A stretch of 15,618 bases of DNA from Planctomycetota bacterium (GCA_027001995.1 JALTLO010000108.1:1-15618), one strand, 5' to 3'. Numbered from the stretch's first letter, positions 6,031 through 15,618 are shown. Notes: generated from the sequence alone by a model not told the origin. Numbers and translations: made by a program.

Positions 6031-7737
6031 ATGCAACGTAAAATGAGTGAAAAACTTGTTCTCGTTTTGCCCGGCCTACTTCTGGCTGCCGGGCTTGCAT
6101 TCGTATTGACTCACCTCGAAGATCAAGCCGGTGCCAATGATCTTCCCACATTCAACTACTTCGTTTCGGCCGTTCCCGAGAGCAACGGGCAACAGGACGG
6201 CTCTTTGCCAGCACGGGCTGTGAAATCATCAGTTAACGCGTCCGAAGAATTCGATGACCAAATCTCCCCAGGTACGAGTCGAGAATTCGCCTATGCAGCT
6301 CAGCGCCCCCAGGTCGTTGAATATGCCATCACGGTGTTGGACGAAGAGGGTCTTCCCGTTCGCAATGCCCGAGTTGAAATCATTGAACGTAGTCGGGTGG
6401 CCGTCGAAAGTGCCCAAGCCAATAGTGAGTTGCTGGGTGATTTGAACCGGACTTGGGGCAAGACATCCAGCATCGGCGAGCTTAAGTTCTCCGACGACCG
6501 CAACAGTATGTTCCAAGTTGAGGTTCATGTTCCGGGATACGCATCGAAGCGCTATCGCCTGTTACGTCCTGGCCGCAAGTTAATCCAACTCTATCGCAAC
6601 ACGAGCATCGTTGGCACCGTTTACGATCCCAATGGGGAACCTCTTCCCGGTGTCGAGGTTCAGATCCGTCACGATCTCGCGAAGATGGATGTGACTCACA
6701 CAGACCAAAATGGTTTCTACAAGTTTGCTTCGGTGACCCCAACGGCTGCGACTATCCGCATCAACGCTCCAGGATTCCGCCGGGCCCACGAGCACTTGGT
6801 TCGTCTGGACGGCCGAACAGAGTACCTCCAAGACTTCTACCTGCTGAATGGTGAAGATCTTGATGTGACCGTCTATGGTACTCGTGGCGAGTTAGCCCAA
6901 AGCTCCTTGGTGACCCTGATCGAACTCGATACAGGTCTGACCTTTGGGCCCGTGAAAACGAACTCTTCCGGGGTTGCTTCATTCCATTGCTTAGAACCAG
7001 AATATTCCTACTTGGCTGTCAGCCGCAGCGGGGGGGCATTCGGGCGCGCTTTTGTGCCCCGCGTCACTCTTGATGCCACGGTTACTAATGAGTCTCAAGT
7101 AACAATTCAGCTCTTACGCGGTATTTTCCGGGGAGTTGTTCGGGCAGATGGAGACGTAGACTTACCCGTTGAAGGGGTTCAGGTTACTTTGGTCAGTGAG
7201 ATGACTGATTCGAACAGTGATCAGCATCAAGTTATGGTCACAACAGACGCCAACGGCAATTTCACTGTCGAGGGACTTGATCCAACTCTGATGTACACCG
7301 CATTCCTATTCCACGAGTCTTATGCCTTTGCTGTGGAAGAAGCGATTCATCCAATATTGCTGGAAGGGCCTCAGCAGGAACGCAAAGTTGAGTCCAGTGA
7401 AGACCCTCCTCAAGCTTTCTCTTTGTTGCCTCCAAGTCAATTTGAAGGCCAAGTCATTGGGAAGAACGGTTTGCCGGTGGTGAAAGGGCTGATCACCTTG
7501 GACAACAACGATCTCGGGGTTGGCGTGACTGGTTCTCGCCTGTTGGTTCGCCCCGACTCCGCTGGCCGGTTCAGCTTCACGAATCTTGCTTCTGGCTCTT
7601 ACACCCTTCGCGTTCGCGACCTTGGGGTTGGAGATTTCAGTTCCGCAATTCCTGTTGTTATCGACAACGGAACCTTAGTATTCGGACAATTGGGCGCAGT
7701 CACAGGCCCTTTGATTGTCGACCTCGCCAAGAACTAG
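6031..7737 (+). CDS. Membrane-anchored/exported protein with carboxypeptidase-regulatory-like beta-sandwich repeats
   Basis: N-terminal hydrophobic LVLVLPGLLLAAGLAFVL. Repeats such as GTVYDPNGEPLPGVEV...TDQNGFYKF, GVVRADG..PVEGVQV...TTDANGNFTVEGL and GQVIGKNGLPV...PDSAGRFSFTNLASGSYTL. Start at ATG 6031 or 6043 (GGAGG 6013-6017) rather than TTG 5932. Confidence 0.85.
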   Translation: MQRKMSEKLVLVLPGLLLAAGLAFVLTHLEDQAGANDLPTFNYFVSAVPESNGQQDGSLPARAVKSSVNASEEFDDQISPGTSREFAYAAQRPQVVEYAITVLDEEGLPVRNARVEIIERSRVAVESAQANSELLGDLNRTWGKTSSIGELKFSDDRNSMFQVEVHVPGYASKRYRLLRPGRKLIQLYRNTSIVGTVYDPNGEPLPGVEVQIRHDLAKMDVTHTDQNGFYKFASVTPTAATIRINAPGFRRAHEHLVRLDGRTEYLQDFYLLNGEDLDVTVYGTRGELAQSSLVTLIELDTGLTFGPVKTNSSGVASFHCLEPEYSYLAVSRSGGAFGRAFVPRVTLDATVTNESQVTIQLLRGIFRGVVRADGDVDLPVEGVQVTLVSEMTDSNSDQHQVMVTTDANGNFTVEGLDPTLMYTAFLFHESYAFAVEEAIHPILLEGPQQERKVESSEDPPQAFSLLPPSQFEGQVIGKNGLPVVKGLITLDNNDLGVGVTGSRLLVRPDSAGRFSFTNLASGSYTLRVRDLGVGDFSSAIPVVIDNGTLVFGQLGAVTGPLIVDLAKN

Positions 7738-7919
7738 TCAGTACTTCTTGCTCCTCTTGATATTTTCTTAGTTTTCCTTCTAACAATTTTCTTCTGTTCG
7801 TTTTCGCCCGTTCCGGGAATTGATATCGACATAGCTATGAGCTGTTCTTTGGCTTCGTAGTAAGTTGAGGCACAATAGACGAGAGTCAGCTCTCGGGACT
7901 GAACAACAAGGAGAAATCC

Positions 7920-8756
7920 ATGGTGCTAAGAATCTTATGGATACTGGTTTTCACTGCTGCCATTATGCAGGGACAAGTACCAGCAACCTCAAAGACCGTC
8001 AAAAAAAAGGCTCTTGATGGGCAGACGCTGCTTAAGCAAGTAGACAAGAGGATCTATTACGCCTGCGAAAATGGTCTTAAGTCTATGCGCTTTCGCATGT
8101 CCATGGATCATGGCACCGGTGTCTTCCGGGAAAGCATGAAGGGGCTTTATGTGGCAGTGGCTTGGAAAGCCCCTAACCACTGGCGGGTCGACATCGTGGA
8201 CGCCAAAGGCCAGCCATCCACCCAGTTGGATGCTTTTTTGGCTACCAAGGACGGGAAAGCCGTGGTGTCGGCGTGGCAGACCGAAATCAAAGGCATGGCC
8301 CTTCACTTGATCATTGGGCTTCCCCTTCACAAGAAATACGCAAGCCATCTGAAGAAGGTCAAGTCGCGAACTGTGAACAACAAGATCGAACACACGATTA
8401 CCATGCACCCTCCCCGAAAAGGGGCCTACTCAGAGGCGATCCTCAGGATTGTCAATGGCATTCCACGAGAGCTGGTTCACATAACGTCCAAGGGCGAGCG
8501 ATTCATTTCCCGCTTTCGTTTTAAGAAGAAGAAAGAGTTCGGCAACAAGTGGTTATGGACTGGGGTGGAGCAGGAGATCCAACACCGCAAGACTCGAGAG
8601 GAATTGTACGAGTACCTCACTCGCAAGAAGCTCCTGATGTTGTCGAAACTTGAGCGACTGGACTACGTGGGGCCCCAAGCGAAAATTGACTTCAAAGTGG
8701 AAGCCTTGGAAGTCAATCCGAAGTTTCCCCCTGGTTTCTTCAAGAAGCCGGGCTAG
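7920..8756 (+). CDS. Secreted Lys/Arg-rich protein, possibly LolA-like fold
   Basis: RBS AAGGAG upstream. Signal-peptide-like N-terminus. N-terminal helix GQTLLKQVDKR, alternating beta-strand patterns and C-terminal EVNPKFPPGFF resemble LolA-like/outer-membrane lipoprotein-sorting proteins. The fold is an inference. Confidence 0.7.
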   Translation: MVLRILWILVFTAAIMQGQVPATSKTVKKKALDGQTLLKQVDKRIYYACENGLKSMRFRMSMDHGTGVFRESMKGLYVAVAWKAPNHWRVDIVDAKGQPSTQLDAFLATKDGKAVVSAWQTEIKGMALHLIIGLPLHKKYASHLKKVKSRTVNNKIEHTITMHPPRKGAYSEAILRIVNGIPRELVHITSKGERFISRFRFKKKKEFGNKWLWTGVEQEIQHRKTREELYEYLTRKKLLMLSKLERLDYVGPQAKIDFKVEALEVNPKFPPGFFKKPG

Positions 8757-10729
8757 CTGATGTTGAGTTGAGCTTCGGCGTCCACTTCGGCTCGATTGAT
8801 CAGAGAGATGGCTTCCCGACAATTCTCAGCCACGGCGTTGTCTTTTGGCAAAGACCAAGCCAACTGCCTGAGGACTTGGACAGTTAAGCGGAAGGCCCTT
8901 ACCATATCACCTTCTTGCATGCTTGTGAGTCTACCCAAATCAGACAGACTCGAACCGGTCAACCAAGCGTGCAAAGGGGCCGCTAAGCCAAAGTCGAGAA
9001 GGTGAACGATAGGATCGAATCCGGCTTCTACTTCAGCTTTGCGAAACTCCCGCAGACGTTTGCGTGACTTATTGACAATGGGCCTTGGAATGGGATTCAC
9101 TTCCATGCGGGCGGAGCTATCCCGTGGCCGAGATTGGTGCACGATGGCGGCACAAATGATGGCACATTGCATGGCGGAGAGATCTTCGAAGCAACCTTCC
9201 CAATAGAGTTCCGTGAGCTGAATCTCGAAGCCAGCTAATTTGGTGCAAAACTCACCTTTACCGGTAAGCTGGCCGTCCTGCAGGTAATGCCGGGCCTCTA
9301 ATACTTGGAGTTTTCTTTCTAAGTCTCTCAGGGGCTTCTTGGCCGAACCAGCCTGGAAAGCCGCAAAACTTTTGGCCACGGCGCTGCTGATGTCTGGTCC
9401 CATGAGGCGTATGAGATGAAGAGTGGTGGAGTACCCCAAGAGGAATTGGCTGATGACATCCCCAGGTTTCTTGTGGAGAATTTCGCGAACTCCTTTGGGG
9501 GAGTCAAAAGCTGGATCCAGAATCGCCACAACATCCCCGGCCTCGTCAATGCCTTGGCGGCCGGCACGTCCTGCCATTTGGCGATAGTCCAAGGGACGCA
9601 GGGGAACCACCTCGACACCGTTGTATTTGCTGAGGGAGTCGAAGATGACGCAACGGGCAGGCATGTTGACCCCCAGAGCGAAAGTTTCGGTCGCGAACAA
9701 AATCTTGATGAGTCCGGTAGTAAATAGCCTTTCGATGACGTCTTTGAAGATGGGCAACACCCCAGCGTGATGATAGAGGATCCCTTTGGTGACGCCTATG
9801 CGCATAGACTTGCAGGCGGGGTGGGACGCAACATCATATTTAGCCACCAAGTCGTCGAAGGCATTTCCGATGCGGTCTTGTTCTTCTGAAGTGAGGAGGC
9901 TTGGGAGCCGTTGATAGCGGCGAGCCAGGCTCTCACATTTCTTGCGGCTGAAACAGAAGTAGAGGATGGGCGTCTTCTTGGACTTGACCAAGGTGCGTAC
10001 AACGTCGTGATTGCCTCGAGGGCGGTTGTGGCGGTTGGGTTGGCCCCGACCTCTATTGCGACCCTTTGTTCTTCCCTTGCGATCTTCCTTGTACTGGGCT
10101 TTAGCTCGGTTGAGATTCTCTTTGAGGTCTTTGACTTCGAAAATGCCGTCTGATTCCAAGAATAACAGCTTGTGCTGAGGTACAGGACGTTCGTCCGTGT
10201 GAACCATCTCCACTTTCGTATCGCGCACTTGCGACATCCAGTTTTGCAGTTCTTCTAAGTTGCCCACTGTTGCCGAGAGCGCAATGAAGCGGACATTTTC
10301 AGGGGCGAAGATGATGCTTTCTTCCCAAACCGAACCCCGATCAGGGTCGCCCAAATAATGAACCTCGTCGAAAATGAGCCAGTCGATTCCATGGAGCCGA
10401 CTTTCATCTTCGAAAATGGTGTTGCGGAAAATCTCCGTGGTCATGACCATCACCAGGGCATCGGCGTTGATGGTCACATCCCCTGTCATGATCCCGACCT
10501 TGTCGCCGTAGCGCTCTTTGAACTCGCGATACTTTTGGTTTGACAGTGCCTTGATAGGGGAGGTGTAGACCACTCGCCGATTGAGCTCGATACTTTTTTC
10601 GATGGCGTATTCGGCCACGATCGTCTTGCCGGCTCCCGTTGGAGCAGAGACGATGACGCTTTTCTTGGCGATGACGGCCTCGATGGCCTCAGCCTGAAAA
10701 GGATAGAGTGTGAAACCGCGGAATTGCAT
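8753..10729 (-). CDS. Ski2-like (HelY/DOB1 family) DExH-box RNA helicase
   Basis: LYPFQ, APTGAGKT, YTSPIKALSNQKY, FDEVHY, LSATVGN, HHAG, ATETFALGVNMPA, QMAGRAGRQG, DSHCT-like EGDMVR. Start probably ATG 10729 (ORF track extends to 10804). Overlaps the convergent gene by 4 nt (CTAG). Confidence 0.93.
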   Translation of the reverse strand: MQFRGFTLYPFQAEAIEAVIAKKSVIVSAPTGAGKTIVAEYAIEKSIELNRRVVYTSPIKALSNQKYREFKERYGDKVGIMTGDVTINADALVMVMTTEIFRNTIFEDESRLHGIDWLIFDEVHYLGDPDRGSVWEESIIFAPENVRFIALSATVGNLEELQNWMSQVRDTKVEMVHTDERPVPQHKLLFLESDGIFEVKDLKENLNRAKAQYKEDRKGRTKGRNRGRGQPNRHNRPRGNHDVVRTLVKSKKTPILYFCFSRKKCESLARRYQRLPSLLTSEEQDRIGNAFDDLVAKYDVASHPACKSMRIGVTKGILYHHAGVLPIFKDVIERLFTTGLIKILFATETFALGVNMPARCVIFDSLSKYNGVEVVPLRPLDYRQMAGRAGRQGIDEAGDVVAILDPAFDSPKGVREILHKKPGDVISQFLLGYSTTLHLIRLMGPDISSAVAKSFAAFQAGSAKKPLRDLERKLQVLEARHYLQDGQLTGKGEFCTKLAGFEIQLTELYWEGCFEDLSAMQCAIICAAIVHQSRPRDSSARMEVNPIPRPIVNKSRKRLREFRKAEVEAGFDPIVHLLDFGLAAPLHAWLTGSSLSDLGRLTSMQEGDMVRAFRLTVQVLRQLAWSLPKDNAVAENCREAISLINRAEVDAEAQLNIS

Positions 10730-10927
10730 AAGGGGCAGAACTCGATGAAATGTTAGTACGAAAGCAATCCCGTCTCGCTCAAGCTCCTGGCTGTTCTTGG
10801 CCATGATCCTTGATCAAGACGGATGGCCCATCCTAACCTATTTGGGGTGCAGTGGTTGGCGCTCTGGGGAAATCACCGGATTGATTCTCCGTTGCGGGTT
10901 GTGCCTGGGATCCTATCCCCAAGATCG

Positions 10928-10956
10928 TTGAGCGATTCCGGGCACTTTGGTAGATT
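10928..10956 (+). promoter_or_regulatory. Candidate sigma70 promoter for yebC
   Basis: TTGAGC (10928-10933), 17-nt spacer ending in TGG (extended -10), TAGATT (10951-10956). Confidence 0.5.
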
Positions 10957-11063
10957 CTCTCACCACAGTGATCCGCCTGATTGTGGTCATTGGAGCCACA
11001 GATTGGCGGTAATCGTTGGTTGGGTGATCGCAAGATCATCAAGATTTGGGCTAGGAGCAAATT

Positions 11064-11822
11064 ATGGCTGGGCATTCCCATTCGGCGAATATCAAGCATC
11101 GCAAAGATGCTGTTGACAAGAAAAAGGCGAAGATCTTCTCGAAGATCGCACGCAAACTGATTGTGGAAGCACGGCTGGGGGGGCCTGACATTGCCACTAA
11201 CCCAGGGCTCCGCCTCGTTTTCGAATTGGCACGGTCTGCCAATATGACCAAGGAAGTCATTCAGAGAAACATCGACAAGGGGGCAGGAGTTGGCAACGAC
11301 GGAGCCGTCTACGAAGAATTGATGTACGAAGGGTACGGCAATGGTGGTGTGGCAGTCTTGGCAGAAGTCTTGACCGACAATCGCAATCGCACCGCACCAG
11401 AAGTGAAGAAAATCTTCGAGAAGGCTGGGGGCAACATGGGGGAGAAAGGATGTGTTTCCTACATGTTCGAATCAAAGTCTCTCTTCCTGGTTGATCCCGA
11501 AGGTAAGAGCGAAGATGAAATCATGGAAGTGGTGATGGAGGCTGAAGCGGACGACATGGAAGCTGATGGTGAATTCTTCCTGATCTCGTCATCACCGAGC
11601 AGTTTTGTACGGGTGAAAGAAGCCCTGGAGAAAGCCGGCCTGAAGATCGAAATGGGAGAAGTTCAACGGGTCTCTTCCATGATGATTGAGGTCTCAGACG
11701 TTGAACAAGCCAAGAAGATCCAACGCCTGGTTGATGCCTTGGAAGACAACGATGACGTGCAGAATGTCTACACCAATCATTCTTTGACCGAGGAAGTTCA
11801 AAAGGCCTTGGAGGCCGAATAG
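11064..11822 (+). CDS. yebC: YebC/PmpR (TACO1) family protein
   Basis: MAGHSHSANIKHRK, YEGYGNGGVAV, LTDNRNRT, LEDNDDVQNVYTN. RBS AGGAG upstream. Confidence 0.97.
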   Translation: MAGHSHSANIKHRKDAVDKKKAKIFSKIARKLIVEARLGGPDIATNPGLRLVFELARSANMTKEVIQRNIDKGAGVGNDGAVYEELMYEGYGNGGVAVLAEVLTDNRNRTAPEVKKIFEKAGGNMGEKGCVSYMFESKSLFLVDPEGKSEDEIMEVVMEAEADDMEADGEFFLISSSPSSFVRVKEALEKAGLKIEMGEVQRVSSMMIEVSDVEQAKKIQRLVDALEDNDDVQNVYTNHSLTEEVQKALEAE

Positions 11823-11848
11823 ATCGCTTTGGCCCAATTCAGAGAAGC

Positions 11849-11879
11849 AAAGGCGACCCGTCCGCGGGTCGCTTTTCTT
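11849..11879 (+). terminator. Intrinsic terminator after yebC
   Basis: AAAGGCGACCCG-tccg-CGGGTCGCTTTT followed by CTT. Confidence 0.78.
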
Positions 11880-12070
11880 GGTTGAGGCTTTGAGAAGCCC
11901 CTTGCCTTTCGTTTCTGGAGTAGATGAAGTGGGTGGCTCTTGACCCCGCGCCCCTCCCCAAGATAACCTACCTTTGGGGCTTTTGGTCCCGGTGCCCCTC
12001 TGTTTCTTGGCTTTGGCCGATTGCAGAACACCCCACGGTCGTTTGCCGCAAGAAAACTGAGACGGTCTCT

Positions 12071-13459
12071 ATGGTCTTTAGCTCCTACAGCTTCTTATTT
12101 TTTTTCTTACCCGCAGTGTTGCTGGCCTACTATTTGAGCCCCAACCGCTTCAAGAATTTGACGCTCTTGGGGTTTAGTTTCGTTTTCTACAGTTGGACGA
12201 AACCTATTTACGCTCTGCTGCTAGCCACTTCGATTGTGGTGAGCTACGCCAGCGGCCAAAGGATGTCCCGTGCCCAGGGGAGAAGAAAAAAGGCCTGGCT
12301 ACTCCTAAGTGTGGCCACCAATTTGGGGCTTCTTGCTTTCTTCAAGTATGCTGGCATGTTCTCGACCTGGGGTTCCTATTTAGAAGACCTCTTAACTGGA
12401 GCCAAGGGGATCATTCCGATCATCAAAGTGGCTTTGCCTATTGGCATTTCCTTTTACGTCTTTCAGGCGATTAGCTACTCCGTTGATCTTTTTCGCAAGG
12501 AGGCGAAACCCGCCCGGAGTTTGGTTGACTTTGCCACTTACATCGCTTTGTTCCCTCAGCTCATCGCTGGTCCCATCGTCCGCTACCGCACCATCGCAGA
12601 ACAACTCATCGAAAGAGAACACTCTTGGTCCAAGTTTTTGTTTGGCACCCGCTTCTTCGCCATGGGGTTGTTCAAGAAAGTTGCCATCGCTGATACGGTA
12701 GCCTTGGGGGTTGGTTTCGCCTTTGGCAATCCTGAGCCCACATGCCTGGAAGCCTGGGTTGGTGTGCTTTGCTACGCTTTGCAGATTTACTACGATTTTT
12801 CTGCCTACAGTGACATGGCTGTGGGACTTGGTTTGTTCTTCGGCTTCGATTTTCCGCAGAACTTCAACTCACCCTACAAGTCGGTTTCGATCACTGACTT
12901 TTGGCGACGTTGGCACATTTCCCTGTCAAGCTGGCTACGGGACTACCTCTATTTGCCACTAGGTGGAAACCGCAGTGGCCCCAGGCGAACGTATTTGAAT
13001 CTGATGATTGTCATGGCCTTAGGAGGCCTGTGGCATGGCGCCAGCTTGGTCTTTCTTATCTGGGGCCTGTGGCATGGAGTTCTCTTGGCGGTGGAGAGGA
13101 TCATGGGGGCAAGGCATCCGATTTCCAAACTGCCGAAACCTCTGGCGGCACTTCTGACGTTCTTCCTTGTTTGTCTTGGTTGGGTTCCTTTTCGAGCTAA
13201 ATCTCTGGGGGAAATGGCAGGGATTTTTCTCAGCATGTTTGGCGGGGGATGGGGGCCATCGTCCATGTTGCAAAACTTTCCCGAAGTGGGATGGGTGCTC
13301 CTCGTTTGTGGTTCTGCAGTTTTCGCCTGTCCCAATAGTTGGGTGTTGGCGCGACGGGAATCGCTCTGGGATCTGAGCCGGGATCTGGTGGCCTTTTGGG
13401 TGGCTTTGGTGGTTATTTTGGTCTATAGCGGCAGTCCTTTTTTGTACTTCCAGTTTTAG
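12071..13459 (+). CDS. MBOAT family O-acyltransferase (AlgI/PatA/DltB-like)
   Basis: MVFSSYSFLFFFLP start, LPIGISFY, FPQLIAGPIVRY, DFSAYSDMAVG, FPQNFNSPY, FWRRWHISLSSWLRDYLYLPLGG, GLWHGA (catalytic His), FLYFQF end. ATG 12071 matches the family N-terminus better than 11924. Confidence 0.96.
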   Translation: MVFSSYSFLFFFLPAVLLAYYLSPNRFKNLTLLGFSFVFYSWTKPIYALLLATSIVVSYASGQRMSRAQGRRKKAWLLLSVATNLGLLAFFKYAGMFSTWGSYLEDLLTGAKGIIPIIKVALPIGISFYVFQAISYSVDLFRKEAKPARSLVDFATYIALFPQLIAGPIVRYRTIAEQLIEREHSWSKFLFGTRFFAMGLFKKVAIADTVALGVGFAFGNPEPTCLEAWVGVLCYALQIYYDFSAYSDMAVGLGLFFGFDFPQNFNSPYKSVSITDFWRRWHISLSSWLRDYLYLPLGGNRSGPRRTYLNLMIVMALGGLWHGASLVFLIWGLWHGVLLAVERIMGARHPISKLPKPLAALLTFFLVCLGWVPFRAKSLGEMAGIFLSMFGGGWGPSSMLQNFPEVGWVLLVCGSAVFACPNSWVLARRESLWDLSRDLVAFWVALVVILVYSGSPFLYFQF

Positions 13460-13471
13460 GAACAGGGTACG

Positions 13472-14695
13472 ATGAGCGAACAATCAGAACTTGGGAAATC
13501 GGGGATGAAGAGAACGTCTATTTTCCTCATATTGGTTTTGTTTTGGTTGCCCTTTGGAACCATCCTTGTGATTGATTTTCTCGGGCGGGTGGATTCGCCG
13601 ATTTCGATTTTTGCGGCTCTTTCTGGGAAAGGTGCCACAGCTAATGTCATGACCGCGAGAACGACCGGTGACTTGGTTCGCATGGCTGGGGTTCCTTTCA
13701 TTCGGGATGCTCTTGGCCCTGGTCAAATGACAACAGTTGTCAATAATCGAGAAGGCTATCGGGACACAGAAGAAAGCCTCAACGGTGAAGCCGAGGTGGT
13801 GATTTGCGGCGCGAGCTTTGCAAGTCATGGATCTGACCTTGCTCATACTCTGACTGGGACCATGCGCAAGTTGACGGAAAGAAAGCTGCAAAACTGTAGC
13901 CTTCCTGGCAATGGACCAACGGCCGCCCTTGTTCGCTATTTTTCGAAGCCCTCAAATCCGAATCCCAATGCGAAGATTCTCGTGTGGTGCGTGATCGAGC
14001 GCGACTTGACGCCAACTCGGTTGAGGGCATTTGCGAAGTTGAATCTCAATGAATCACCAGAGAACATCCGCGAGCAATTGAAAAAGAATGAGCGTCGGCG
14101 GCGATCATTTTCGATTACCAGGAAATTTGACTACTACTACAAATTCACCAGCGTCAGTCGTCGTCTGTTGACCCATTGGGGGGCTTATGTTCCACCGACT
14201 TGTTTTGACAGAGGTCTTGGGTCCATGTGCAGACTCTATCGCCTTGGTGCAGGCGAAGACATCATGATGGCTTTCTACCGTCCCAGCCTACTGGCCCACA
14301 GAGGCGCCTTTCGTCTTCCCGATGGTCCTTTGGTGCGGGCGGGTATTGCGAATCTGAATGCCCTCATTCGGGCCCGTGGCATGTCGCTCTTGGTGGTGCT
14401 GATTCCAGACAAGTTCACAATTTACGGTGAGGGTGCCGTGCCTCAAGTCGTGGATAATGAGTTAAGCCAATTGCAGGTGAATACGGGGCACTTGAGCCAA
14501 ATTGAGGAGGCTTTTCGCCAGTGCCAAGTCCCCGTGGTGAATCTTCAAGAACCCCTTCTCAAAGCTGCAAAAAAACGAGGCCACAAAGAACTTCTTTACT
14601 ACGTTGGTGACAGTCATTGGAATGATGACGGTATCCGAGTCGGAGCCCAAGTGATTGCCAAGGCCATCGACCGACTATGGCAATCACTCCACTAA
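13472..14695 (+). CDS. Membrane-anchored SGNH-like O-acetyltransferase (AlgJ/AlgX-like partner)
   Basis: N-terminal TM, NNREGYRD, VICGASF (Ser nucleophile block), LVVLIPDK, LYYVGDSHWN (DxH). Lies 12 nt after the MBOAT gene. Start may be ATG 13505. Confidence 0.8.
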   Translation: MSEQSELGKSGMKRTSIFLILVLFWLPFGTILVIDFLGRVDSPISIFAALSGKGATANVMTARTTGDLVRMAGVPFIRDALGPGQMTTVVNNREGYRDTEESLNGEAEVVICGASFASHGSDLAHTLTGTMRKLTERKLQNCSLPGNGPTAALVRYFSKPSNPNPNAKILVWCVIERDLTPTRLRAFAKLNLNESPENIREQLKKNERRRRSFSITRKFDYYYKFTSVSRRLLTHWGAYVPPTCFDRGLGSMCRLYRLGAGEDIMMAFYRPSLLAHRGAFRLPDGPLVRAGIANLNALIRARGMSLLVVLIPDKFTIYGEGAVPQVVDNELSQLQVNTGHLSQIEEAFRQCQVPVVNLQEPLLKAAKKRGHKELLYYVGDSHWNDDGIRVGAQVIAKAIDRLWQSLH

Positions 14696-14715
14696 TCGCC
14701 GCATTCAGGTTTCGT

Positions 14716-15618
14716 TTAGAGTGTTTGTAGCGTTCTTTGGGCTGCAACCAAACGGGCGATAGGCACGCGGTAGGGTGAACAACTGACGTATTCTAAGCCC
14801 GCATCGTGGCAGAACTCGATAGATTTCGGGTCACCGCCATGTTCGCCACAGATTCCTAACTTGATGTCCGGGCGACTTTTCTTTCCTTCGGCAATGGCCC
14901 AGTGCATGAGCGTTCCCACGCCTTCGACGTCAAGGCTGGCAAAAGGATCAGCTTCGTAGATGTCCTTCTCAAGATAAGTGGGCATGAAACCTCCAGAATC
15001 GTCTCGAGAGATTCCTAAGGTCGTCTGCGTCAGGTCATTGGTGCCAAAGCTAAAGAACTCTGCCACCTTGGCCACATGGGCGGCGGTGATGGCAGCTCGG
15101 GGGATCTCGATCATGGTGCCAACTAAGAAAGGAACGCGAGTTTTTTTCTCCGCGAAAACCAATTCAGCGACATCGCGAACGATTTGCTCCTGGATCTGTA
15201 GCTCCCTGACATGACCAACCAGAGGGATCATGATCTCAGGTTTGACTTTGATGCCTTTGTTCTTGCACTTCACGGCGGCTTCAAAGATCGCCCGAGCTTG
15301 CATGGCCGTAATTTCTGGGTTGGTGATACCCAATCGGCAACCACGATGGCCGAGCATAGGATTCATTTCATGGAGATTGGCAATGATGTGCTTCAATTGC
15401 TTGACTGTGATTCCCATCTGCAAAGCCACCTCTTTGATCTCCTTGGCTTCGTGGGGAATGAACTCGTGCAAGGGAGGATCGAGAGTCCGCACGGTGACAG
15501 GGTAGCCATCCAGGGCTTTGAAAATGCCTTCGAAATCGCGCCTCTGCATGGGGAGCAACTTCTTGAGATGCTTTTGGCGGTCTTTGGCGTCTTCTGCCAA
15601 GATTGCTGCGCGCATGTG
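14716..15618 (-). CDS. ppdK: Pyruvate phosphate dikinase, C-terminal part (5'-truncated by the window)
   Basis: [66 protein letters not shown]. The frame is open to the window end. Confidence 0.96.
   Translation of the reverse strand, partial: HMRAAILAEDAKDRQKHLKKLLPMQRRDFEGIFKALDGYPVTVRTLDPPLHEFIPHEAKEIKEVALQMGITVKQLKHIIANLHEMNPMLGHRGCRLGITNPEITAMQARAIFEAAVKCKNKGIKVKPEIMIPLVGHVRELQIQEQIVRDVAELVFAEKKTRVPFLVGTMIEIPRAAITAAHVAKVAEFFSFGTNDLTQTTLGISRDDSGGFMPTYLEKDIYEADPFASLDVEGVGTLMHWAIAEGKKSRPDIKLGICGEHGGDPKSIEFCHDAGLEYVSCSPYRVPIARLVAAQRTLQTL

Noticed and set aside
10823..11116. 97-aa ORF with a Pro-Pro motif overlapping the yebC start, as a regulatory leader peptide
   Set aside because: It starts upstream of the candidate promoter, has no clear RBS, and a single PP is expected by chance.
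11924..12070. N-terminal ORF-track extension of the MBOAT (similarly 2271, 5932, 10804, 4795, 3491 starts)
   Set aside because: Family N-termini and RBS positions favour the downstream ATGs.
1..15618. CRISPR array, rRNA or tRNA genes
   Set aside because: No regularly spaced repeats or rRNA/tRNA signatures were seen on reading the window.

Overview
Mostly housekeeping bacterial chromosome segment; the CarboxypepD_reg-like repeat protein and gene mix are compatible with Planctomycetota, but taxonomy is not established. Order: rpmE (partial), prfA, unknown membrane protein, a ~165-nt rod-like RNA resembling 6S RNA plus terminator, prmC, a RelE/ParE-like toxin and XRE antitoxin, a PilZ protein (minus), ssb, a CarboxypepD_reg-like repeat protein, a secreted basic protein, a short HelY/Ski2-like helicase (minus), yebC, an AlgI-like MBOAT with an SGNH partner, and ppdK (partial, minus). 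The most unusual structure is a 753-bp integrase-less toxin-antitoxin cassette (3474-4226). It is bracketed by ~305-bp, ~95%-identical direct repeats built from the 3' ends of the convergent prmC and pilZ genes, and both host genes remain intact. The toxin appears to carry a 1-nt frameshift near its 3' end. The first 14 nt of the window are identical to a Nextera primer sequence and are probably an artefact. All alignments and folds were done by eye.
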